Source of the DNA: an uncultured Spirochaetota bacterium
GTDB taxonomy: Bacteria > Spirochaetota > UBA4802 > UBA5550
DNA: 64,000 bases
Direction: 5' to 3'
NCBI GenBank assembly: GCA_963827275.1
Contig: CAWHAA010000005.1
Coordinates: 480,001-544,000, forward strand
Shown here: piece after piece, positions 56,021-64,000 of the stretch
Numbering within the stretch: position 1 is the stretch's first letter
How the letters are laid out: each line of letters begins with the position of its first letter
Notes under the pieces: generated by a model
Told to the model about the DNA's origin: nothing
The model's database searches: none
The model's input: the letters and a program-made list of their open reading frames with translations, nothing else
Made by a program: the position numbers and the translations under genes

Positions 56021-58699
56021 ATGAATCACCCCAAGAACTTTCAGAATACACTTTTAAAAGAATTAGAATATTTCCTGGAAAAGCAGAAAATAAAATTCCC
56101 TGCCGGAGAAGTCCTCACCATCGACCTCCACTGCCATGACCACAACAGCAGCACGCCGGACGAGCTGCTCGGGCGCATCCTCAACATCCCGGAAACATGG
56201 CTCCCGAGCGAGGACTTGGTTGAGACATTGAAGAACCATGGCTGCGACACCTTCACCGTTACAAACCACAACAACGCACGATCTTGCTATGAGCTGCGTG
56301 AGAATGGGACCGACGTGCTCACCGGCGCTGAATTCACCTGCCAGGTGCCCGACTACCGGGTGGGTATCCACGTCCTCGCCTATGGGTTCACGCCGAATCA
56401 GGAAGTTATGCTCGATAAATTGAGAAACGATATATATCGCTTCCAGGAATACGCGGTGAGCAACGACATCCCGACGATATGGGCCCACCCCCTCTACCAC
56501 TATCACCGCGGCGAGATACCGCCGATCGAATTTTTCGAAAAAATGGCGCTCGTGTTCGAGCGGTTCGAGGTTATGAACGGCCAGCGCGATACCTGGCAGA
56601 ACATGCTGGTGAAGACATTCGTCGAGGGACTGACCCGGGAACGGATCGACTCGATAGCGAAAAGGATCAAGCTCCCGCCCGACCGTTACTGCAGGGACCC
56701 CTACAGTAAATCGATGGCGGGCGGGTCAGACAGCCACATGGGGATATTCACCGGTCTCACCGGGACGCGGCTCCATGTGCCGGACCTCGCGGAAAAGCTC
56801 AAGATCATGAGCAGGTCGAAACTGGCGCTGGAAGCGATCAAGGCGGGCGCCATGGCCCCCTTCGGATCCCACAACGACAGCGAAAAAATGACGGTGTCGT
56901 TCCTCGATTACTTCTGCCAGATCGCCATGCACATGGACGACCCGGGCCTGATACGCCTTATGCTTCACAAGGGGGACGCGCGCGATAAGCTCCTTGCCCT
57001 GGCGATCGCTAACGGCATGTCGGAGATCAAGCGACACAGGGTGACCATGGACTTTCTCCAGCTCTTTCACCAGTGCTTCAGCGGGAACGTGCCCTCATTC
57101 AGGAAGCGGCTTATGGTCCCGAAGGTCTACAAACCGATCTTCGACGAAGCGGCGCACATGGCGGTGACAAAAAGGGACGAACCGGAAGAGATAGTCCACA
57201 GGTTCAGGGACTCAATCCATGTAATATACCAAAGCCTGAGCGGCATCCTGATCGATCGCCTCCAGAAGAAAATTGAGAAGCTCGACCGCGAGCACGGCCT
57301 CAGTGAATTGAAGGTGGAAAAGATCTTCGAATCCTTCGATCTTCCGACGCAGGTGCGGAATTACGCGGCGCCGGGCCTTTCAAAGAACGGGAACGGCCTG
57401 CCGCTCAACATCACTGATTTTCTGGACGGGCTCTCCTTTCCCTTCCTGGGGACCGCAGTCATACTGAGCGCAACCTTCACGAGCGCCCGCGTCATGTACA
57501 ATTCCAGGGAGCTGCTCTCGCGGTTCTCCGGGCACGTGGGGAAGCTGAAACACCCCGAGAGGATGCTCTGGCTTACGGACACGTTTGAAGATGTCAACGG
57601 CGTCGCCATGGTCCTCCGCTCTATGCTCGACGAGATCCGGAAGCGCGACCTCCCGATCGACATCCTGATATGCAGCAGCAGGCTTAAATCAGAAGACCAT
57701 CTCATCGTGGTGCCGCCCCTGGGAGAATACACACTCCCATTCTACGAGCAGCAACCCCTCAGAATTCCGAACATCCTGGACATCCACCGGATCTTCAAGG
57801 AGGGGGAATACGACCGGCTCATCTGCTCGACCGAAGGGCCGATGGGACTTATCTCGCTTTTTCTGAAGCAGGCCTACACCGTACCCGCCTACTTCTTCGT
57901 GCACACCGACTGGATGATGTTCGCCCGCCAGGTGCTGAACTTTGACCACGAGAACCGGGGAAGGCTCCGCCGCATCCTCCGCGCCTTTTACCACAATTTC
58001 GACGGGCTCTTCGTCCTGAACAGGGACCAGAGGAGCTGGCTGATCGGCAAGGACATGGGGTTTGACCAGAACCGCGTCTTCCTGACCGCGCACTGGGCCG
58101 AATCAGAATTCGTGCCGCAAAAGGCGCGTAAGACCGACCTCTTCGGTGTGAAGCAGAACGCTCCGGTGCTCCTGTTCGCGGGCCGCGTGAGCGACGAAAA
58201 AGGGGTGATGGAGCTGCCGGCCATCTACCGGAGCGTCCGTGAGAAGCACCCGGACGCAAAGCTTGTCATCGCGGGCAAAGGCCCGAAGGAAGACGATCTG
58301 AAAAAGGCCGTTCCCGACGCGGTATTCCTCGGATGGGTTGACCATAAGAAGCTCCCGTCGGTGTACTCGGCGGCGGACATGTTGCTGCTACCCTCGAAAT
58401 TTGACACCTTCGGAGTGGTCGTGCTCGAGGCCATGAGCTGCGGGCTTCCCGTCACCGCGTATAATACCAAGGGCCCAAAAGACATTATCGAGAACGGGAA
58501 AAACGGATATCTGGTCAAGACAAGATCAGAAATGATCGCCGTCGTGGACGACTATCTCAGCAATACCAAATTACGCGCCGGTTTCAAGAGATCGGCCCAG
58601 ACACGGGCGAAGGACTTCAATCCCGATGCGATCATCACGCAGATATTGAACGACGTCGACCTGGAAGCAAATCCCCGGCGCGGCGCAAAACGAAGATGA
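56021..58699 (+). CDS. PHP metallophosphoesterase + GT4 glycosyltransferase fusion
   Basis: PHP motifs: DLHCHD, TNHN, GAEF, HVL, AHP, EVMNG, GGSDSH. GT4 motifs: TDTFEDVNGVA, FAGRVSDEKG, PSKFDTFG.V.LEAMSCG.PV. Confidence 0.92.
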   Translation: MNHPKNFQNTLLKELEYFLEKQKIKFPAGEVLTIDLHCHDHNSSTPDELLGRILNIPETWLPSEDLVETLKNHGCDTFTVTNHNNARSCYELRENGTDVLTGAEFTCQVPDYRVGIHVLAYGFTPNQEVMLDKLRNDIYRFQEYAVSNDIPTIWAHPLYHYHRGEIPPIEFFEKMALVFERFEVMNGQRDTWQNMLVKTFVEGLTRERIDSIAKRIKLPPDRYCRDPYSKSMAGGSDSHMGIFTGLTGTRLHVPDLAEKLKIMSRSKLALEAIKAGAMAPFGSHNDSEKMTVSFLDYFCQIAMHMDDPGLIRLMLHKGDARDKLLALAIANGMSEIKRHRVTMDFLQLFHQCFSGNVPSFRKRLMVPKVYKPIFDEAAHMAVTKRDEPEEIVHRFRDSIHVIYQSLSGILIDRLQKKIEKLDREHGLSELKVEKIFESFDLPTQVRNYAAPGLSKNGNGLPLNITDFLDGLSFPFLGTAVILSATFTSARVMYNSRELLSRFSGHVGKLKHPERMLWLTDTFEDVNGVAMVLRSMLDEIRKRDLPIDILICSSRLKSEDHLIVVPPLGEYTLPFYEQQPLRIPNILDIHRIFKEGEYDRLICSTEGPMGLISLFLKQAYTVPAYFFVHTDWMMFARQVLNFDHENRGRLRRILRAFYHNFDGLFVLNRDQRSWLIGKDMGFDQNRVFLTAHWAESEFVPQKARKTDLFGVKQNAPVLLFAGRVSDEKGVMELPAIYRSVREKHPDAKLVIAGKGPKEDDLKKAVPDAVFLGWVDHKKLPSVYSAADMLLLPSKFDTFGVVVLEAMSCGLPVTAYNTKGPKDIIENGKNGYLVKTRSEMIAVVDDYLSNTKLRAGFKRSAQTRAKDFNPDAIITQILNDVDLEANPRRGAKRR

Positions 58700-60307
58700 G
58701 CGATCCATCCGCCTGGTGGAAACATGGAGTCGTCTATCAGATCTATCCGCGCAGCTTCAATGACTCCAACGGCGACGGAATCGGCGATATCTCAGGCATC
58801 GTAGAAAAGCTGGACTACCTCTGCGATCTGGGGGTGGACGCGATCTGGCTCTCACCCATCAACCGGTCGCCCATGTACGATTTCGGCTATGACATCAGCG
58901 ACTATTACGCCATCGACCCCATCTTCGGGACCGGGGAAGATTTCCAGCGTCTGATAGACGGGGCCCACGCGCGCGGCATACGGGTCATCATGGACCTGGT
59001 GCTGAACCATACGTCCCACCTCCACCCGTGGTTCCTCTCGTCACGATCATCCCGAACCAACCCGAAGCGGGACTGGTATATATGGCGTGACGCCGAAAGC
59101 GGCCGGCCTCCGACCAACTGGCAGTCCGTATTCGGCGGCAGCGCGTGGAAATGGGACGAGATGACCAGCCAGTACTATCTCCATTCTTTCCTGGAAGAGC
59201 AGCCGGACCTCAACTGGCGCAACCCGCAGCTTCGCGAGGCCATGTACGACATGCTCCGCCACTGGCTCGACCGTGGCGTTGACGGGTTCAGGCTGGACGC
59301 CGTGAACTGGCTTATCAAAGACCGGAGGTTCAGGAACAACCCCGCGGTCCCGTTCGCCCCGTTCCTCCAGAAGCACCGATACGACCGCAACCGGACACGG
59401 ACGCACGAGATTATGAAAGAGTTTCGTACCATCCTTGACGGATACGGCGACCGGATGGCCGTGGGCGAAGTATTCACCCTGCCGCCGGGCGACCCGGCAC
59501 TGTCCGCGCGCTACCTCGGCATCGGGCACCGACGAGCTGCACCTGGCGTTCGACTTTTCCATCATGTACCGGCCCTGGAGCGCACTCCGCTTCTACCGCT
59601 GCCTGCGCCGCTGGATCCGGCACATCCCGGAAGGGGGATGGCCCTGCCACGTCCTCTCGAACCATGACCAGCCGCGCGGGATCAGCAGATATGGCGGGGG
59701 TGAAGACGACGAAAAACGCGCCCGGGTGGCGGCGGCTCTGCTGCTCACGGTGCCCGGGACGCCGTTCATCTACTATGGCGAGGAGCTCGGAATGAAAAAC
59801 TGCCGCGTACCGCGCTGCGACGCGCGGGACCCGCTCGCCAGTAGGTTCTGGCCCCTGTTCGCGGGCCGCGACCCCTCGCGAACACCCATGCAGTGGTCAG
59901 CGGGGGAAAACGCAGGCTTCAGCACGGGCAGGCCGTGGCTGCCGGTCGGGGCCGACTACCGACGGGTGAACGTCGATGACGAATCAGCCGACCCGTACTC
60001 GCTCCTGAATTTTTATCGCAGATTGATTGCCATCAGAAAGGAAAAAAAGGCGCTTCACGCCGGCGAATGGAAGCCGGTGCTGAAAGGACATCACGGTACA
60101 CTCGGCTACTACCGGAGATACGAAGGGGAAACGGTTTTCGTCGCGTTAAATTTCACCGGCAAAGCAAAACGCGTGCATTTACACGACCGCGGACAGTGGA
60201 AGGTGATCCTGTCGACACACCGATTTACCAATACGCATTTTACGTCGCTCGATTTCACCCTGTCGCCGTATGAGGCAATGGTGCTTGACAAGTATGGGAA
60301 TCTGTGA
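58696..60307 (+). CDS. GH13 alpha-glucosidase/oligo-1,6-glucosidase family, with one +1 frameshift near 59525
   Basis: YQIYPRSF.DSNGDGIGD, DLVLNHTS, QPDLNW, DGFRLDA and VGE, continuing in the next frame with DELHLAFDF, NHDQPR, YYGEELGM and RTPMQW. ATGA overlap with the GT gene. Confidence 0.88.
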
Positions 60308-60373
60308 TCCGAAGCACCAGAGGGCTTTTAATCTATCCGTGTGATTTATAAAGCTTGTTAGCCTGCCGGAGCA

Positions 60374-61703
60374 TCACAGCAGGTCGCTCGCGATCTCGGC
60401 GAGCTGCGAGCGCTCGCCCTTCTCCAGGGTCACGTGCGCGTAGATCTCCTGCCCCTTCATCTTGTCGATGAGGTAGGTGAGGCCGTTCGAGCGCGAGTCG
60501 AGGTACGGCGTGTCGATCTGGTAGGGGTCGCCGGTGAACACGATCTTGGTCCCCTCGCCCGGCGCGGGTGATGATGGTCTTGACCTCGTGGGGCGTCAGG
60601 TTCTGCGCCTCATCCACGATGAAGTAGACCTTCGAGAGGCTCCGCCCGCGTATGTAGGCGAGCGCCATGATCAGGAGCTTCTCGTTGTTCACCATGTCCG
60701 ATATGCGGCGGTAGTCCTGGGAGTCCTCGTCGAACTGGTTCTTGATCACCGAGAGGTTGTCGAAGAGCGGCTGCATGTAGGGATCGAGCTTGCTTCTGAT
60801 GTCGCCGGGCAGGTACCCGATGTCCCGGTTCGAGAGGGGGATGATCGGCCGGGCCAGCAGGATCTGCTTGTAGTTGTTCCGCCGCTCGAGCGCAGCGGCC
60901 AGGGCCATGAGGGTCTTCCCGGTGCCGGACTTTCCCGCGAGCGTGACGAGCTTGATGTCGTTGTTCATGAGCGCGTCGAGCGAAAACGACTGCTCCGCGT
61001 TGCGCGGCTGTATGCCGTAGGCCTTCTTCTTTTCCACGACATGGAGGTGCCCGCTGTTCTTCTGGTACGTGGTGAGCGCGCTCTTGGTCCCGTTGCGTAT
61101 GATAAAATACTCGTTCGGATAGGGGTCGCGTCCGTTCAACAGTTCGCCGGCAGGGATGCTCCCCTCGCGGTAGATCCGGTCGACGAAGCCGGGGTCCACG
61201 CCCTCGATGCAGTTCTTCCCGGTGTAGAGCTCGCCGATGTCCTTGACCTTGCCGGTCTCGTAGTCCTCGGCCTGCACGCCGATGCTCTTCGCCTTCATGC
61301 GCAGGTTGATGTCCTTGGACACCAGGATGACCCGGTCGGTGCCGTGCAGGCCGGCCAGGTTGTAGGCAAGGGACAGGATGCGGTGGTCGGAGTTGTCTTC
61401 CCAGAATATTTCGCGGAGACGCCCGCTCATCTTCACGTTGGTCTCCACGATGAGGCACCCGCCCGTTTCCAGCCGCACGCCCTGGCCGAGGAGATCGTTG
61501 CCGATGAGGGCGTCCAGCTCGCGGGAAAACTCGCGCGCGTTGTAGTTGATGATCTCGTTGCCCCGCTTGAACTTGTCGATTTCTTCAAGGAGGGTTATGG
61601 GGATGACGACATTGTGCTCTTCAAAGGAATAGATGCAGCGGTAATCATAGAGGACGACGTTGGTGTCGAGAACGAATATCTTATTGGAGTTCGTGTCTAA
61701 CAT
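60374..61703 (-). CDS. PIN-PhoH (PhoH2-type) protein, with one +1 frameshift near 60559
   Basis: PIN motif VLDTNV and SKDINLR.KA, Walker [14 protein letters not shown] and [18 protein letters not shown]. The next frame gives [21 protein letters not shown]...[13 protein letters not shown]. Confidence 0.9.
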
Positions 61704-61828
61704 ACACTCTATGTGACATAATACATATTCCACTGATAATTGCAAGTGGAAAATTAAAATAAAAAATACTTTTTCGGTTGTTGTAACGAGCCGCGCATGG
61801 CCTCCTCTCCGGAGGCAGCCGCGTCAAT

Positions 61829-61900
61829 TCAAAACGGCAGCAGCAGTATGAGCATGATGGCGGCAATCACCATGGCCATGACGGCAATCGTGTTCTTCAT
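61829..61900 (-). CDS. Candidate 23-aa single-TM small protein
   Basis: MKNTIAVMAMVIAAIMLILLLPF*. Weak RBS. Confidence 0.3.
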   Translation of the reverse strand: MKNTIAVMAMVIAAIMLILLLPF

Positions 61901-62064
61901 TGCATGCCCTGATTTTCAAAAGACATATAGAACTGCAACATTTTCAACAGGCTGGCCCTCCAGGTATCCGGCACACACAATCATGGCCATACATTACAGC
62001 GGTACTGTAAAAAATTAACAATTACCGAGTGATGTTACATCTCTAAAGCAAAAAATAAACCCGA

Positions 62065-62493
62065 TCAGGCAAGATCTTTCAGCAACTCTTCAACTTTCTT
62101 CATGATGGCATCACGGACGGCAATGGTTTTCGCCAGTTTTTCCTGATGTGTGCCGGTGAATTGCGAGGGGTCAGGAAAGGACCAGTGCATTTTTTTCCCC
62201 AGTCCCGGAAAAATCGGGCATTTATCCGCCATGGACTCGTCACATACGGTTATAACATGGCTGTACATTCTCCCCTGCTTGAACAAATCGAACACGCTTT
62301 TTGTTTTGTTACCGGAAATATCAATTCCGACCTCTCTCATGGCTTCGACAGCAAACGGATTGAGCGTGCCCGGCTCAAGGCCTGCGCTTTCAACGTCAAA
62401 GACGTCTCCACCCATCTTCTTGAGGAACGCTTCAGCCATCTGGCTGCGGGCTGAATTATGACTGCATACAAACAGGACCCTGGGTGTTCCCAT
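62065..62493 (-). CDS. arsC: Thioredoxin-coupled arsenate reductase (LMW-PTP fold)
   Basis: [15 protein letters not shown]-loop, SAG, TVCD....CP.FPG, HWSF.DP, RDAI. Confidence 0.9.
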   Translation of the reverse strand: MGTPRVLFVCSHNSARSQMAEAFLKKMGGDVFDVESAGLEPGTLNPFAVEAMREVGIDISGNKTKSVFDLFKQGRMYSHVITVCDESMADKCPIFPGLGKKMHWSFPDPSQFTGTHQEKLAKTIAVRDAIMKKVEELLKDLA

Positions 62494-62495
62494 AA

Positions 62496-62663
62496 TCACC
62501 TCTCACTGACAGCGGCGCCGGGGATCTCTTTGCCCGGGAAAGTTTCACCACTCCCCTGCAATGACGTATTGAAAATCCTCTTTATCCTTTTTACCCGGGA
62601 AATGTCCAGCCGTCTCAGGCGCGCCAACTTGTTTTTTTTCACTGTTCTCTGGATACTTCTCAT
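62496..62663 (-). CDS. Candidate 55-aa basic small protein upstream of arsC
   Basis: [34 protein letters not shown]...SER*. AAGGTGG lies 7 nt upstream, and the stop is 2 nt before the arsC ATG. Confidence 0.45.
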   Translation of the reverse strand: MRSIQRTVKKNKLARLRRLDISRVKRIKRIFNTSLQGSGETFPGKEIPGAAVSER

Positions 62664-62690
62664 ATCATTCCACCTTCACTGACAATTGTA

Positions 62691-62740
62691 TATCAACAAA
62701 ATGTAGAGCAATTATAATAATAATATAAAGAATCTATAAA
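62691..62740 (-). promoter_or_regulatory. Pho-box-like 11-bp repeats facing the small ORF and arsC
   Basis: Minus-strand TTTATA, TTTATA, ATTATA, TCTACA and TTGATA at forward positions 62735, 62724, 62713, 62702 and 62691. Confidence 0.55.
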
Positions 62741-62887
62741 TTTATCAGGATGTATGATTACATGCCGTATTCATCATGGCAGCACGATCCCTACAAATTT
62801 TTAGTATCTGCTGGTATGGCACGATATATCTGTCCAAATCAATATTTCCCTTCAAAAAGATATGTAATGCAACAATTTGCGGTAGTT

Positions 62888-62926
62888 TTTATATTTTATT
62901 AACAATACGTTTATAATTTCTTAATA
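62888..62926 (+). promoter_or_regulatory. Pho-box-like 11-bp direct repeats upstream of pstC
   Basis: TTTATA 62888, TTAACA 62899, TTTATA 62910, TTAATA 62921. Confidence 0.7.
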
Positions 62927-62987
62927 AAACATGGCGATCTTGTAGTTGTAACACATGTATTATTAACAATTAAACCGGTTCTCCAGC

Positions 62988-63905
62988 ATGGCCATGATCC
63001 AAAAAACACAAAGGCAGAAAACTAACGGCAAAAGCCTCATTGCCGAGAAATTTTTTGAAAAGTTCTTTCTGATCATCGGCCTCTCCTGCCTGTTCGTCCT
63101 TCTCCTGATCATGGTCTTCCTTTTCAGCGAAGGGATCCCCATACTCAAAGACGTCCGCCTCGCCGACTTCCTTTTCGGCACCCAGTGGTATCCCACAAGC
63201 GGGAACCCCCGCTTCGGCATACTGCCCCTGATCGCCGCGTCGGTGGCGGTGACGCTGCTCGCTTCCGCGTTCGCGGTGCCGCTCTCCCTCGCAATCGCCG
63301 TGTACCTCTCGGAGCTTGCGTCCCCGCGGGTGCGGGAGATCGTAAAGCCCGCGATCGAGGTGATCGCGTCAATACCGTCCGTCATCATCGGCTTCTTCGG
63401 CATGGTCGTCGTGGCGCCATTTTTACAACAGCAGTTCAACATCGACACGGGCCTGAACCTCTTCAACGCGTCCCTCATGCTCGCCTTCATGGCCGTGCCC
63501 ACCATCGCCAGCATTTCCGAAGACGCGATCTCATCCGTCCCGATGTCGCTCAAGGAGGCGTCCTACGCGCTGGGCGCGAACCGGTGGCAGACTATATTCC
63601 ACATCACCATCCCGGCCGCACTGTCGGGGATCTGGACCGCGGTGATCCTGGGCATATCGCGGGTAATCGGCGAAACCATGGTGGTGCTCATGGTCGCCGG
63701 CGGCGCGGCCGTCATGCCCGGCTCCCTGTTCGATCCCGTGCGGCCGCTGACCTCGAACATCGCGGCGGAGATGGCGGAGGCCCCCGTGGGCGGGAGCCAC
63801 TACCACGCCCTCTTCGCCATCGGCATCATACTCTTCATCATCACGTTCATGTTCAACCTTGTCGCCGATTATCTTTCGAGCAAATACAAGTTCAAGGGGA
63901 ACTGA
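62988..63905 (+). CDS. pstC: Phosphate ABC transporter permease PstC
   Basis: FLFG..WYP, FGILPLI, IE..ASIPSV..GFFG, EASYALGA..WQTI, SR.IGETM.V.M.AG, HY.ALF. Confidence 0.95.
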   Translation: MAMIQKTQRQKTNGKSLIAEKFFEKFFLIIGLSCLFVLLLIMVFLFSEGIPILKDVRLADFLFGTQWYPTSGNPRFGILPLIAASVAVTLLASAFAVPLSLAIAVYLSELASPRVREIVKPAIEVIASIPSVIIGFFGMVVVAPFLQQQFNIDTGLNLFNASLMLAFMAVPTIASISEDAISSVPMSLKEASYALGANRWQTIFHITIPAALSGIWTAVILGISRVIGETMVVLMVAGGAAVMPGSLFDPVRPLTSNIAAEMAEAPVGGSHYHALFAIGIILFIITFMFNLVADYLSSKYKFKGN

Positions 63906-63919
63906 GATGTTTTCACACC

Positions 63920-64000
63920 ATGCGAAATCAGAGGCTGATCGAAAAAGCCATGTTTTTACTGATACGGGCCATGTCGTACACCGTGCTGGCGTTCCTTGTT
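63920..64000 (+). CDS. pstA: Probable PstA N-terminus (truncated by window edge)
   Basis: MRNQRLIEKAMFLLIRAMSYTVLAFLV directly after pstC. The call rests on gene order. Confidence 0.6.
   Translation, partial: MRNQRLIEKAMFLLIRAMSYTVLAFLV

Noticed and set aside
1..64000. Prophage, IS element, defence system, tRNA/rRNA, selenoprotein read-through
   Set aside because: I saw no integrase, transposase, phage structural or restriction motifs, no RNA gene signatures, and no in-frame TGA at Cys motifs. Reading by eye could miss short RNAs.

Overview
This is a GC-rich (roughly 60% by eye) bacterial chromosomal window with about 50 CDSs. I found no rRNA, tRNA, CRISPR array, integrase or transposase. 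The gene repertoire includes membrane-anchored AraC regulators, PD40-OmpA, a CsgG-like TPR protein, spirochaete-style lipoboxes, many Fe-S proteins and a hemerythrin. This suggests an anaerobic, environmental Spirochaetota (Leptospirae-like) genome, which is an inference. Three themes stand out. (1) Sterol and lipid handling. A compact operon at 10.0-14.9 kb encodes an Rv1106c/AcmA-like 3beta-HSD, a TesI-like FAD 3-ketosteroid enzyme, an SDR and two Fe-S proteins. It is my best candidate for an undescribed system: a stenol/5alpha-stanol ring-A interconversion pathway. The window also has START and SCP2 lipid carriers, an OYE/acyl-CoA dehydrogenase/HADH operon, and four paralogues of an uncharacterised Cys-rich ferredoxin family. 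(2) A phosphate island from 53.7 to 64 kb (pit, PHP-GT4 fusion, GH13, PIN-PhoH, arsC, pstCA). Five of its promoter regions carry 11-bp-phased Pho-box-like hexamers, pointing to phosphate-starvation glycolipid remodelling by a single fusion enzyme. (3) A palindromic 42-43 bp repeat family, present as a 5-copy tandem array at 39.65 kb and as dispersed copies at 32.5 kb and 46.2-46.3 kb. Five single-base frameshifts (three in a PQQ-propeller gene, one each in GH13 and PhoH) may be sequencing errors. All product calls come from motif recognition by eye, with no database searches.
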